A stretch of 64,000 nucleotides of DNA from NCBI GenBank assembly GCA_013239625.1, contig MU054212.1, positions 5,428,270 to 5,492,269 of the forward strand, given 5' to 3'. The stretch comes from Lama guanicoe. Lineage: Eukaryota. Below are positions 12,645 to 26,354 of this stretch, one piece after another. The position numbers were made by a program, and so were the translations under genes. Numbering within the stretch: position 1 is the stretch's first letter; every line of letters begins with the position of its first letter. The notes below the pieces were generated by a model. That model saw only the letters and a list, made by a program, of their open reading frames with translations, had not been told where the DNA came from and made no database searches.

Positions 12645-13010
12645 CTGATGTGGAGTGAAAAAATCCAATTCCAAAAGTTTACATGCTGTAGAATTCCATT
12701 TATACAACCTTCTTGAAATGACAAAATGATAGAAATGGAGATTAGATGAGTGGTTTGCAGTGTGGGGGGCAGAAGGAAGGTAGAAATGGCTCTAAAAGGG
12801 CAACGTGAAGGATCATTGTAGTGATGCAAATATTCTTACCTTAACTGTATCAGTGTCAACATCCTTGCTGTGATGTTATGCTAGAGTTTCATAAGATGTT
12901 ACCGTGCGGGAAACCTGGGTAAAGCATACAGGGGATCTTTCTGTCTTATTTTCACATCTGCTTGTGAATCTATAACAATCTCAAAATATAAAGTTTAATT
13001 TAAAAATAAA
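12645..13010 (+). mobile_element. L1 3' UTR, L1MD-like
   Basis: attccatttatacaac...gaaatgacaaaatgatagaaatggag...aagatgttacc...gtgaatctataacaatctcaaaatataaagtttaatttaaaaataaa. Confidence 0.85.
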
Positions 13011-14016
13011 GAGAAAAAGTTTAGGATCTGCATATTTCATACCAAAGTTATTTGTCAAGTGTGAAAAAACAAGAACAGAGCTGTAAAAATATATTATTTT
13101 TTTTAAAAAATGCTTCAAGATACTATCAAACAAAAAAAGAAGCAAAATTAAGTTCATTCTAAGGATAAGATATTCAGGATATTTTTTTAAGTGATGAGCT
13201 CTGAAACCAAGGAAACAAAGACATAAGTCTGAGGAATGCTACGCATCTGGCTACAAAATTGATGTGCAAATATAACAGACTACCTTTACAAGGAAGGAAT
13301 ATAAATGAAAATAACATTTTAATAGAAGCAATCTATATTCAACTATCAAAAAATTTTTAAACAAAATACCAAGGATGAGGCACTTTAATGGCTTCTGTTC
13401 CAAATTTAATTCTAAGAATAAGATAAATATGTGCTTTCCAAATTGTGATGCTAGGAAAACACCTTTAAATGTAAGGCAACATTTTCTTTTCATCACTTTT
13501 TCACAATTTCTCTATTATTCACTCCAGATTTTCTCAAAATGACAGCAAGATCAGGTAAAAATCAATTAAGTACCTACTTAAACTAAAAATAAATGTTTTC
13601 AATATTACGTGTAACTTCTGCTTCCAGTTATTAACCACAAGCTCATCCAAGTGAAGCTCAATAAAGCTTCATTATCAATAAACAGTATTTACGTTTGGGC
13701 ACCACGTGCCATTGTTTGGCTCTGTTGTTTGTTTATGGTTTTGCATTAGGTGTTGAATGAAAAGTGATGCATATCCTAGGTGGCAGAATGCCATGATGAA
13801 CACATAAAAACAGCAAGCAGTTTCTCAGGTCTTCCTTTCAATGTTCATTTAAATTAAAGTGACTAAACATATTCTGTAATCCTACATCAAATTATTATTT
13901 GACTTTGGCACTTACTATAAGTTCATAATAAATACCACAATAAAAATGCTTAATCTAAGGGCCTGAACTCTGAATACTGCATCCAAAGCAGAGCTGTACA
14001 AATGCTCTTTATTCAG

Positions 14017-14082
14017 GGAGAGAGAGAGAAAGAGAGAGGGAGAGAGAGAGAAAGAGAGAGGGAGAGAGAAAGAGAGGGAGAG
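14017..14082. repeat. (GA)n polypurine microsatellite
   Basis: gggagagagagagaaagagagaggg... read directly. Confidence 0.9.
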
Positions 14083-14150
14083 AACTCAAAAAACTCAATC
14101 TAGTTATATTACATTTGAGTATGAAGGCGAACATTAAAATGATGCTCTGA

Positions 14151-14530
14151 CACAGAAAACAAACTTATTGTTACCGAAGGGGAAGAGGGTGATAAACTAG
14201 GAGTTTGGGATTAGCAAATACAAACTACCATATACAAAATAGATAAACAACAAGGACCTCCTGTATAGCACAGGAAACTATAGTCAATATCTTATAAGAA
14301 TCTATAATCAAAAAGAATATGAAAAAGGTAATATTTTTATCATGTATGTATATTATATATGACATAATATATACATTTTATATATAGTATCATATAATTT
14401 TTTCTTTGCTTTGAATTTTTTGGGAAAAAAAGAAAAAAGAATATGAAAAAGAGTATCTGTATAACTGAATCACTATGCTGTATGCCAGGAACTAACACAA
14501 TATTGTAAATCAACTATACTTCAATTTTTT
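14151..14530 (+). mobile_element. 5'-truncated artiodactyl-lineage L1 3' end
   Basis: caaaatagataaacaacaaggacctcctgtatagcacagg...ataactgaatcactatgctgta...actaacacaatattgtaaatcaactatacttcaa; TSD aaaatgatgctctga (14136-14150) / aaaatgatcttctga (14531-14545). Confidence 0.92.
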
Positions 14531-15639
14531 AAAATGATCTTCTGAGATAAAGCCTAAAGCCCACAATTCTATTGCCTGTATTATCCATCTAATTGTATCA
14601 ACTATTCATCATGTTTTTGTTACGGTCCCTTAGTTTGTACATAACCTTTCTTTAGATTTTTAACATTCGCAGCCAGAATAAGCTTATCTTACAGCCAAGC
14701 TTCCATGATTAATTCTTAGACCCAAAAGTGAGCCTGTGAATTGACCTAAACAAAATCTTGATCTTATCCATTTTCTACCATACATTTTCTACACTGCCTT
14801 TATTTTAAAAGCTCTTCTTAGAGGTGTTGCACTATATCCCACAGTGTTTCCTTAGCAACTTCTACAGTGCCCCTGAGCTACAGATTTTAATTCCGCCACA
14901 TGCTGTATTTTTTAAAAGTGTAGCATGTCTAAAGCTTAAGCTTCAGTATATACAAAATTCAGCACATTTTCAGGTTTTCCTTTGGGTACTTATAATAGCA
15001 TCTGTTAGTAGCTGCAGATAGAAGGAAGACAAGCTCAAAAAAAGACAATGAGTAGCATGATTTCATAGGAATAACTAAATTATGGTTCTTTTGAATTTAA
15101 CATCTAAATCCTCTTATAAAGATCCACTATGTTGGATCCACATCTAAATCTTGTTTCTGTGCTTGGTCCAAATGAAGAATTACTGTCATCTGAATAGCTT
15201 GAAACACGTCTCTCATAGATAGCTCAAGAATATTACTTTCTGAGCCCCTTAATCCTGAACCACATGACTGTTTTTGTATTTAAACTGAGTCCAAATGCTT
15301 TTAAGCTTTAACGTGTACAATTATATAACAATGATTTTGCATCATTTTTGAATTTAATTTCTATTCATTGCATTTCAAAAGGAAAACAGAAAAATGCAGG
15401 AAATATTCCCCCTATATTATTAATTTACCATTCTACTTATATTCATCATATCATTCATTTTCTCCATGAAAACAAAAGAACAGATGTTTAATCACATTAA
15501 GTACTCAACAGGAGTAACTAAGATAGGAATAATGCATGTATGTTGACCACATCTATTTCTAATAGTAAGTCTATTTATTCTGTATACACGAAATCCCTCT
15601 AAATTCTGTCTAGGAGATGCAGGATGATGAAATGGAAAG

Positions 15640-15815
15640 AGTGTGGACTAACAGGCTGCAAAAGTTGGTTCAAATCCCAATACCAGGTTTTTCCAACCCT
15701 TCCTTTTGGGAAATGATTTACTCTCTCTTTGCTTACTGCTTCCACTGCATAACTGAATCAAACACATCTACTGCAAAGGACTGTGAAGGGTTGCTTGGTT
15801 TTACAAGTTATGTCC
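15640..15815 (+). mobile_element. MIR fragment
   Basis: gttggttcaaatcccaatacca...ttgggaaatgatttactctctct...ctgcaaaggactgtgaaggg. Confidence 0.5.
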
Positions 15816-16284
15816 AGAGAGCAAGCATTGTCTAGGATTCAGGAAAGGTGGGTCAGTCCAACCCGAGGGAGCCTGTATCCTTTGCATAGTGGTGGAGGCA
15901 CTGGCAGCAATTACTGGGGCTGTACTTCCAAGATCAGACCATGCCACTTGAGCAGACTTGGAAAGAGTAGGAACTCGGCTGCATTTTCACAGGCGGTTCC
16001 AGTAGAACTGGTGGTGACCCATCTTGATTTCAGAGGCACAGCAGTGCGGAGGATAGAAGACTGTTTTGAGAACTAAATGAGACAATATTTTATTTTCATA
16101 AGTGAAGTTATTTATAACACACAATAGACATTTGGAATAAATATTAATTATCCTTTGTTTTGCCCCTTTAATTTTCAAATGGCACCTTTTGGAAAATAAT
16201 GTAAATGTGAACGTTTTCTAAGTGGTGCCATATGTTATACACACATTTACTTAGATGGAAATATAGATGCTAAGGAGATAATCA

Positions 16285-16500
16285 GACAGCTAATCAGATG
16301 TTTACTCAGTGCCAAGCTCTGTGCAGAAGGTTTTATGTTAATTCTCAAAACAGCTTTATGAGGTTAAGTACTATTATTCTACTTTGCACGTGAGTAAATA
16401 GATTCTGCAGAGTAAGTTCCATGGCTAGGAAAAGTGACAAATGAATAAAAATGATGAATACGGGGCCAGGACTAAACTGTCCAACTCCAGAGCCCAATTC
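16285..16500 (-). mobile_element. MIR fragment
   Basis: tttactcagtgccaagctctgtgc...taattctcaaaacagctttatgagg...actgtccaactccagagccc. Confidence 0.65.
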
Positions 16501-19500
16501 CAGCAGATGTCAGTAATAAATCACAATAGTTACACCAAATACATATTTAAAAATGTAAGTTTAGTAAGGATTAGACACATGTCACCCTATAACATATGAC
16601 TTTAGATTTATGTCAAAATCCGCTGGCTTATTATATAGCTGTCTTTAGGTTCAGGAAATAATTTTAATGACTATTGCAAAAATTCCAATTCAAATTCCAT
16701 TTGTTCTTCTCACGAATTTTTTAATTAGAATTTTCAGATTTTTGTCAGGAACTGTACTGATATAATTATAGACTACAAAAGTTTTTTTTTTTAAGTTTCT
16801 GCTTAAAAAAACAAAACAAAACACAAAACCGCGTAGAACTATCCAAAGCCTAATATAAATCCCACCCCCAAACATAAACGCTGTGTTTTCAAAAAACACT
16901 GGAGTCTCAGAAAGATTAGATATCTATTGGGAAAGACAGTCTGTCTCAGAAGTCAACCCCAAACTACCTAACTCTGTAGGAGATAAATAGAGATTTGCCT
17001 AGAGAGGGAAGCAAAATATTGCCATGAATCACCTCCCTCACAGCAGTTCTGAAGCTTTTAATTTTCAGCATTGCTGGTCTCCAGGTATGTGCACTTGATT
17101 AACAGTTAACAGAAATTGAACCAGCTCCACACGGGGTTCTCAATGTTAGCGTGTAACACTATTTTAAATGACGTCTTCCTTCTTTCTCCTCATTCCTCTT
17201 CCTCTCTTCTTAAACTTGTACTTATTTTTCTTGCTTTATTTTCTTGGGAAAAAAAAAGAATTTACATTACTTATTTGTTGCATGAATATCTGAAACGTAT
17301 TCCAAGAATAAGAAATGCACATACGTCTGAGTTTTTTGTTTAATTACGGTTTTTCTTCTTCTTCCACTGTCACTTCCTAAACCTTATAAGCAAATTGACC
17401 AGATCTTCTCTGGGAAATGATTCTGCGAGGATAATACATGCAAACCACCGCCAAGAATATTTTCTGTCTTCCCATCCTCTCCTTTGTTTCTTGTCCATTT
17501 TTTATTCATCATCCTAGTTTCTCTTTTATCAGTTATCCTGTCCTTCATCTCCTTGGGATATTTGACTTTCAGAGCATTTAAATACTGATGCTCCGAGTTT
17601 CCAGGATTCATGCTTACAGTCTCCCAAGAAATTTGGTGACCTTGTTTGTGTTCACAGGTAGTATAAAATATATTTATTTTCTCTCTCTCTTCTATCTTAA
17701 TGCAACTGTATGGATTTTGTGATGTGTGCCACATATATTTGTAGGTAACAGTGTAAATGTTTAATTAATTCATTAGCAACCACGTATAGTAGTAAGAATG
17801 ATTCTCTTTTGGAGTGTCACTGTCACCTCCAACCCAGAATTAGATAATTAGGCTACTGGGCAATCCAATACCTACCATACTACTAAATTCACATGGTATT
17901 AGAGATGTTATTCAGAAGATAGAATCAACAACAAATTAGGAAATAGCTGCTAAAGAGCCCAAAGTGTCATATAATAAGTATTTCTCAGTATCAATTATGA
18001 GCTCTAGAGAAAAACCATACTAATAAAATGGGTATCTGTCCTGTGACTTCTGAGTCTCATACTAAATGCGGGGATGAAATACCCTCAGCCCCAGCCTCCC
18101 GCTGTAAACCCAGGGACCTGCTTCTGTGCCTTGCTGTCCCTCTAGTGCCGCTTCCTGGGGGTAAGGGTAGCCGCATTGGTGATTTCCAGAGTATTGTCAC
18201 CTACTCTCACATCTTTGCAGGTTTAGTTAACTTTCATGTCCTTGCCTCCATTTTGTTTCTTAAAGCTGCTCTTGGCCATTCCCAAGAAACCAGTGCTGTC
18301 CCCATCTCTCCTTAGCAGGCAGTTCTGTGTTCAGCAACTGGTCCATTCATCTCTTGCGGTAAAGTCCAGCTCTTACACCAAATGGCCAAAACCCATCAAG
18401 AGGATGGGAAGTTATGCAGAAGACTGTCGGCCTGTATATATCCCCTGTCTTTTGGTGCTTACCCCATGCCCAGTCCTGCCCAAATCATTGTCACCTACTC
18501 CTCCTCCCATAGGATTGCCTCACTTGGCCCTGGGATGGGTACAATGTGACCAGAGTCATGAATCATGAGTCAACTTCAGTTGGTGCTCAAACACTGTGTA
18601 CTGGCTTATATAGCTAGAAGAAGAACTCTCTTCTTCCCAGAGCTCAAACAATTTTACGTTTACAATCCAACATACGAATTCTTAAGTAAATGTACGTTAA
18701 AACCATGTATTAGTGAGCAGAATACTAAACTGTGTACACATTGGCAACAAATGTCTTAAAAACCCTCGACTATTCATCACTAAGATTTTTACTAAATGTC
18801 AATTATATGCTTTTACATCCCTAAACATTCTTTCTAATATCAATTTCCCAAGGAAGTAATTTGCAGTTAATTGCATGGCAAATGAATTTTGGTGTTGTAT
18901 ACTTAAGAAACCTCAAGCCATTTTCTTCCTGGGATCAATAGATATTTGACATGTAATAGCTGCATTTTGTAATCTAATTAAAGGATAATTTGACATACTT
19001 ATAGCTTTGGCACATTGAGTCATGACTTTCTGACAGATAGCACTGATGTTGAATGTTTATTTTGTCAGGAAATCCTTACTTATTACACTGAGGACTTGTC
19101 TCATAATGAAACACCTCATTATAACATTAGCAATCATTTGTATCAAGAAGAGTACTGAATAATTTCTAGATAGCTTAATATCACCCCTATGATAAAGACT
19201 GTATCATATGGAAAACCAGGAAAATTAATAATTCCAATTAAATCTCAAGATTGAAAAACGCTTCTAGGAAAAAACCAAAATATTGCCTTATTACTGCCAT
19301 TTAAGTCACTTCCAGTTCTTCAAGTTAGTACTTGATTTTGTATAACCCAATTTTATGACCTTATTCTCATTTAAACATACCCCTTTTGATGTAATTTACC
19401 TCTTCCACTCAGAATAATAATTATATTATCTGCAGTTTCGTTATCATGATGAGTTTTTATTTATGCGTTTTTATTTTTTATAAAACACAACTTTTCATAC

Positions 19501-19514
19501 TTACCACTTGTGGT

Positions 19515-19630
19515 ATAGATAATATTGGCCTAGTTTTATCAATTAATGAAACCAATGTTCAGCTATTTTGTCTTAGGTCACAGAGCTAGTAAGTGTCAGA
19601 GTTGGGACAAGAATAAAATCTTCTGTCGTC
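19515..19630 (-). mobile_element. MIR fragment
   Basis: ttgtcttaggtcacagagctagtaagtgtcagagttggga. Confidence 0.65.
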
Positions 19631-19972
19631 AATGCATGTATTCTCGACATTACACACCCTCTTATTGTGTCTTGAAAGGAAGCTTAACAGAAATATGGGG
19701 ATGGAAGGCCAATAGGAAAATGGGCTCATCATTATCAGAAAGGGTGACTGATGCTTCCATATGCTCCATTCCTTATGCAAATTTTGCAGACTGTTTCAGA
19801 GGGTTCAGACCTGCATCTTAAAAACATCCAAAGAGATCACAAATAGATGAACATGACTTTACAAATCTTATTCTTGACTTCGGGAATATATGCCATCCAT
19901 GTATTCTTATCGATTATCCCAGTCCTTCATTTATAATAGTTAATGAGCGCAATGGGAATCGTTGTCTCTACT

Positions 19973-20080
19973 ATCCATTCACTCATTTATTCATTCAACA
20001 AATATTATTGATTGAGAACTTACCACGTGTCAGGGTCTTCCCCAAGAACTCAGGGTGCAGCAATGATAAAAGCAGAGCGA
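19973..20080 (-). mobile_element. L2 3' end fragment
   Basis: cattcactcatttattcattcaacaaatattattgattgagaacttaccacgtgtcagg. Confidence 0.75.
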
Positions 20081-20279
20081 GATAGTAATTTACTTTAGAT
20101 TATCTCAGTCTTTCAAGTGGCTGCCGTGATTCTGTTGAGAAAACTCAAGCTTAGCATTGTTTATCACTGAAGGACTCAAACAACTGTTAAGCATCAGAGA
20201 GAAAATTTAAATCCAAATAGGTGTTATCTAAAACAATGCTTTCCCTTTTTCTTCCTCCATATCTGTCACATCTGTGATT

Positions 20280-20900
20280 TCATCTTCATTCCACTGACAC
20301 CAAACATATTTGGCGCTCACTACCTCACAGCTTAATTGCTGTATCAGTTTCCTGTCTGACTGGTTAGCCTCTAGCATCTTTCTATTCTAATTGATTTTAT
20401 ACACTACACCATAACCAAATCAATCTTCTTAAAACATCTTTTCTGTCTCTTCGATCATCCACTCAAAAATGGAAGTCCAAACTGCTTATTCAAGTCTTCT
20501 GGTTTTATGCATTTAGTTAAGGCATTATTTCTAAACTTATTTCTCTCACTATTTCTCTTTACAATCCATGCCTTTACCCCTCCCCCATAAGATCCCTGTC
20601 ATTCAGCCACATCATACACTAGTCTGTATTAGGTTGTTTCTCCTAGCTAGAGTGCCCTTCCCCTCAATTTCAATTATCCGTATTCAGCTGAAGTCCAGGT
20701 TCATTTGCTTTGCTTTTTCCATCATTTCTAGTACACAGTAGTCTCCCATTTCTAAAATCTTAATGCACCTTATCAATCCATTTGATTGTGTTCTGGCAAC
20801 GTAATTATTCAGCTGCTTTCTGCATCTATTGGTCATGTTAATAATGACATTGTAACTCCTAGAAGTCAGTATCTGTATCTAAACATTTCTTTTCAACTTC
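20280..20900 (+). mobile_element. Highly degenerate L2 fragment
   Basis: Pyrimidine-rich tract with L2-like motifs (aagtccaaactgctt, ctagagtgcccttcccc). Confidence 0.4.
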
Positions 20901-21269
20901 TTCTCAGTATTACTATGTACAGCTTAATAAATACTATTAATTTAATCTATAAATATAGTAACTGTACTTAATATAGTGTTAATTAATGTATCTTATTAAA
21001 TCAGCAATTAAAGATTGACTCTCTAATTTGGACAGGAGATTTTCTATTTGCATTCACAATGACATCTTGCTAGTATTGCATTTGATTGAAAAAGTATGAT
21101 ATGACACCATCATTTTACCTAGATCTTTAACTGCTTTTTGTCCCATTAACTTACCAGGTATTTTGATTAAGTTACTGCATTTTAACTGTTTTTCATTTTC
21201 TGTATCTTTTATATTGATTCTTTCTTCTATATTTGCATAATTACTGGAGAATACCCAGTTTACACAGGT

Positions 21270-21749
21270 CATTACTAAGACTTTCAGGGACCTGGCAGAA
21301 CATAGCACATTCAAGGAGGACAATTGACTATTACAAAAGTATGCACAGGGTTACCTGACCTAAGGCAATAAGTGCATACCAAGACTAGTAACAGCTCCCA
21401 TTGTTACAACCCTTGGGCATAAAGGAACAATGGGAGGGAATCATTATCTGAGCCAGGAGAAAATCAGCTCTGAAAGACTCTGAACGGCTCTGAAAGGAGC
21501 CAGGACCTTTGGCAGAGAGACACTGCCAACCTGTTGCATCCAAGCAGGGAAGGAGCCAGGATAATAAACATCTTGGCCTTCATTTCTTCCCAGCCTCTGA
21601 TCTCCTAATAATGTCTCTCATGGGTGCAAGCCAGTGGAAGCCAGCAAGCAAGCATTGCTGCTGTTCATAGCTCTGCTTCCTGGAACACAGAACAGAGGGG
21701 AAGAATGGAGAGTAGATCTGGAGGGGCAAACAGCAGATACCCAGCTCCA
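21270..21749 (-). mobile_element. ERVL LTR, LTR33-like
   Basis: ggagagtagatctggaggggcaaacagcagatacccagc is the reverse complement of the LTR33 start; cagggaaggagccaggataataaac...ccagcctctgatctcc. Confidence 0.8.
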
Positions 21750-22707
21750 TTCTTCAATTTCCCACAGCACCGAGAAAAGCGGACTCTATCATTTTAAATA
21801 TTCTACAAAGCCCTTGAGGATAGCAGCAAAGAAAATTACCCTTAGAATCTCTCACAGCTGGCTCTTAGAAACATTTTCCCAGAGGTGAAAAATGCTAACC
21901 ATCCGCATGGGTTGCCTAAACACTTGCTGCTTTACCTCAGGCAGGGTTCTCCTCCTGCCCTGTCCCACCTTGCTTTCTGCGGCAGAGGTACGCCATCTTT
22001 CCCCAACACCAAGGACAGTTCCAAGCACATCCAGATTCTCCGGAGTCCAGACCTAACAAAGGAAAATCAGTGGATCCATGGCATATTTACTGTCATAGGA
22101 CTTGCCTCTTTCCACCATGTTGAAATTGGAATGTACACTTAACTTCAGCAGATACCTGGGTGTGTGTACCTCTGATTTCAACCTATGGCCCTGGAGGAAT
22201 AATTTATGATTGAAATAGACTGGTATCTGTACAAGAGGTGTAGTAGCAGAGGGGTGATTTTATCATAGTTCACCCTTCTGAATTATCAAAAGAAAAGACA
22301 ACTGTTTCCTCTTAGATTTCTCAATATTTGGGTTATTTAACTTTAATGACTGCAGATGTCCTCATCAACACTACAGTCCTGCCAGAGCCTCACAAAGACA
22401 GAGCTGGGGTTTCTCGCTAAAAATAAGATAAAGAACATAACTCATATCCTTCCTGCAGTTTGTCAAGTCTCAGTTCAAGGCTGTTCCAAGCTGCATCTTG
22501 AAATATATGTGTGTGTGTATCTCCAAAAAACAAGCAACAATTTGCAATCACACTATAATTAAAATCTATTTTGAAAAAGATACTTTTCTCAAGAGGAAAC
22601 ATAACATAGAGATGTAATTCTGCTTACAGCACAAAAATATTATACATTGTTAACCCAGGGTAACAACTATTCAGAGTCACAACTTCTCACACATCTCAAT
22701 TTCTGCT

Positions 22708-23336
22708 TGTGTTGGGGGGTCCACGAGTCCACCCTCAGGTCTGATGACATAATAGGCTTCACAGAACTCAGGAAAGCTGTTTTACTCAAGATGAGAGTGT
22801 ATTACACAAGAAGATGCAGCTTAAAATCAGCAAAGGGAAAAGATACATACAGTAGAGTCCAAGAGAAGCCAGACTCAAGATTCCAGTTGTCCTTTCTCAG
22901 TCGAGTCACACAGACAGAGCTAAATTCTCCCAATAGTGTGTCTGACAAGACATTCAAAATGTTACCATCCAGGGAAGCTCATCGTGTCTTGGGTCTGGGT
23001 TTTTTTTGTTTTTTTTTTTATTGGGGCTCAGTCATGGAGACGTGTAGCACCTGCAAGACTGACCTTGGCTATTCAATCTCCAGCATCCCCAGAGGTCAAA
23101 CTGATACAGCACAGCCTTGGATCCCAGGCAAGGAAAACAGGCATTCACGGTAAATCACACTGTTAGCAAAAACGAGCTGGCTCAAGGTGCCAGGTACACG
23201 AAGCTACTATTATTAGGCTGGCTATTCCAAGGACTCTGAGTACATCTCCCAGGAGCCAGACAAGGGCCAGTCTGAAGACCTTCGGAATGTGCAGTTTGGA
23301 CAATCTAGGCCTCCTGAGTTAACCCTTTAATTCACG
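22708..23336 (-). mobile_element. ERVL solo LTR, MER77-like
   Basis: gagttaaccctt, ggaatgtgcagtttggacaa, ccagaggtcaaactgatacagc, ttaaaatcagcaaagggaaaag; 5-bp TSD ctgct/ttgct. Confidence 0.88.
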
Positions 23337-25014
23337 TTGCTTTTAGACTTTTTAAATATATCTTTGCTTAAGGAAACAGTCTATTGCTTTGGTCTGTCCA
23401 TTATAAAAAACCACTAGCAAGAACATAGTGCTCAGAGCTCTGCTTCTGAGATAGAAAACTGCAAGTAGCTTTCAGATAAGAATGTTTTGGGTATCTCTTC
23501 GCCTCAAGCCCACCTTCTTATGATTTCAAAACTCTCAAGGCCAAGTTCTAGCCGCCAGTCTAACTCCAAGTACCTTGTACTTCCCTTTTTCTCAGTAGTT
23601 ATTAAAAGAAGAAAACATCTACCAACTCTATGGCTAGAAATAAATGTTCAGATCTAGGAAAAAGGCAAAAGAAAGTGAATTCCCTTTGTACAGGTGGCTT
23701 TACAGATTCCTACCATTTAAGCTTTTAGAAACTGAACTGTCAAGTCTCAGTTTGGAGCCAGCAAGTCAAGTACATTCTTTTATAGAAATCAAACAATAAT
23801 ATCACACCAAACCAACAGTGGGAACACTGTGGAGCTCAAAAGAGGGAGCAACTGATGAAATGAAAAGTCAACACTATTAATATTAAAAACAGATTATTTA
23901 ACAATCACTAGTAAGTCGATGTATTCATTCATTACCTTCTGGTTTATAAGCATTCTTTTTATAAATGCTATTTTCTTTCCTACGTTTACAGTATTTGACA
24001 CACTTATTGATTTCTATTGAAACATAATTTTTGAAATAATAATCTTTCAAACATCATGTTGAACAAGATGGTTCTATGAAAAAGGTGTAGTGTTTTTATA
24101 ACCCAATCTTTTGAACTGTGTTCTACTGCCCTTAATGGGTCTGAAATCAAAAAATGTAAGATAGAATATAATCAAAAGAAATGAAAGAGCCTTACACCTT
24201 TTATTTGGTGACACAGTTAAGAGTTTTGTCCTTTAAAGAACAAAACTACAAGACCACATATAAGTCCCTGGATGAAGGTGACAGATACAACTTACATCTA
24301 ACAAGTGCTTCAGCTACCAGGTTTGACCGTCCGCTGCTAGAACTGGAAATTAGCCAATAAAGGTGTAAATTCAACTGCATTACTTTGAAGCAATTAAACT
24401 TGCCTGATCACTTGAGCTGAGATAGAAAAAGAGCCTTTGCTGTGACAGGATTGGATCGGTGAGAGGAGAGATTATACAGCATGAGGTAAAACACTGATTT
24501 AAATTTCGCCTCAAGGTCTAGAGGGACTTGCTTTCATTTACTAGAAATAAGCAAAACACAAGAAGGTTTAGTGTCGCATAGAAACAGTTATCAATCAAGA
24601 TCTCTACCTACTGCCAATAGACCTTAGGGGAAAGTTAAATGACTTGTATGCAACACAATGCTCACTGAACATCAGAAGAAAACCACAGCATGATGGCGAA
24701 AATCATATTTCATTTTTATTGAACCATTTATTGTAAATCATAAAATAGCAGCAAAGATTAAATGGGGGAAAATGTCTGTTGTTTGAATTAAAGTATTTAT
24801 CTTTCTCTTTTCAAGAATGTGCAAGACGTATACGTTTTTTTCTGCCATCCTGAGCTAGGAAAAAAAAAAAGCCAATGGTCAAGTGTTTCATGTTGGATTT
24901 CTTGGTCTAAGTTATGAAGAAATTAATTGAACTATTTTTAATGATGCATTGCTCTCCTGTGTGTCTTTGTGCTTGGGTGATCAAAACATCTCTACAGACT
25001 GAACACAGCATGAT

Positions 25015-25044
25015 TTCCTACATAATAACTTCCTACATAATAAC
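25015..25044. repeat. 15-bp tandem duplication
   Basis: ttcctacataataac twice. Confidence 0.9.
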
Positions 25045-25597
25045 TATTTGAAAAAGGGGTTTTAACTCTCAATGCTTTAGCCAATAATGTTCAGTAAAAT
25101 CATTTGATGAGTTTTTCATCCAAGCACTATAGCTGCCTCCTTCTCTGTAAAACAACTTTATTCTCCAGGTCACTAATAACTTCATAATCGCAGCATCGGC
25201 ACTAAGTAAAATTGACCCTCCTGAAATATCTCTTTCCTCCTCTGGGCTTGTGTGTGACTGTTTTTGTCAAACATTCTCTCCTGACCTAACCGATCCATTT
25301 TTACCTCTTACCTACTCCCCTCTCTCTTCCCACTCCATTAAACAGTGTGCTCCCCACATTCCAGTCCTCCACTTCTGTACTCTTTTTTTCTTGAAATTAG
25401 TTTTTTAGTGACATCATAGCTTTCATTGTATGGGAATGACCCCCAACTCAATATTCCCATCCCATCCCCCTCCATCCTGTTCCAACGTTCCCTCTCCCAA
25501 TGCCTGAGAGATATTCGTCAACAAATGATCCGCTGGAACCTCTAACAGCATCACAATCAACATATGTTACCCTCCCAGGGTCCAGTTCCCTTTCCCT

Positions 25598-26030
25598 TTA
25601 TTCCTTCATGCAACAAATCATCTTTGAGTACCTACCATGTGCTGCTGCCTTTCTTCTAGATCAGGGATCAACAAATTTTCCCCGTATAATCCAGACAGTG
25701 AATGTTAGGCTTTGCAGGCTGTATGTCTCTGTTGTGATTATTCAGGTCTGTCATTGTCACACAAAGGTGAGCCTGTGCAATGTGAGAATGGTTGTATTAT
25801 GACAAAAGCACCTGTGGATGCTGAAATTTTAATTTCACCTCATTTTAACATGCCATGAAATTCTTTTTCTTGTTTTGATTTTTGTCAGCCATTCTTAGCT
25901 CATAAAAAACCAGAGGCAGACTGGACTGGACCCACGAGCCACAGATTACCAACCTTGCAGTACATACTGGAGTTTCAGCACTGACCAAGGGAGACAAGCT
26001 CCTTGCCCTCAACAATTTAAAAGTTTAAGA
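25598..26030 (-). mobile_element. L2 3' end split by MER58
   Basis: ttcatgcaacaaatcatctttgagtacctaccatgtgc before and gagacaagctccttgccctca after the MITE. Confidence 0.6.
25662..25957 (+). mobile_element. hAT-Charlie MITE, MER58B-like
   Basis: cagggatcaacaaattttc...aatgttaggctttgcaggc...gatgctgaaattttaatttcac...agccattcttagctc...ccaaccttg; degenerate TIRs. Confidence 0.8.
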
Positions 26031-26354
26031 GAATTTCCCCTACATCTGCTGATGGTGACCTTCTCTGTTTTCACAGCAGCCTGGTCAGGTTTATTCTCTG
26101 TTACCTACTGCAACTCACTCAGCCAGCAAGTGCTTTGACTCCTCTTTATCTCAGGGCTTCACATTATCAAGCAGAACAAATTTGTATTGGAAAAAAAGCA
26201 TCTTCTAATTATTAATCTCAGCTTTATATCACTTCAAATCCTCAATATCCATATACAAATGTTTATAAAGAGTTGAAAATATTTTGTATTTCAAAACTTA
26301 ATCTAATTTTTTTTCACTTTGCATGTCCAAAGAGGCATTATTTTTTAAGGACTT

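Noticed and set aside
18040..18620. GC-richer segment with ORFs of 95 and 110 aa
   Set aside because: No recognisable homology; probably an ancient LTR remnant that I cannot assign
21149..21250. Minus-strand donor CTG|GTAAGT with open frame NYANIEERINIKDTENEKQLKCSNLIKIP
   Set aside because: Weak acceptor, A-rich low-complexity composition and no recognisable protein
22647..23153. Longest ORF (168 aa)
   Set aside because: Starts at TTG, lies almost entirely within the antisense MER77-like LTR and has no recognisable domain
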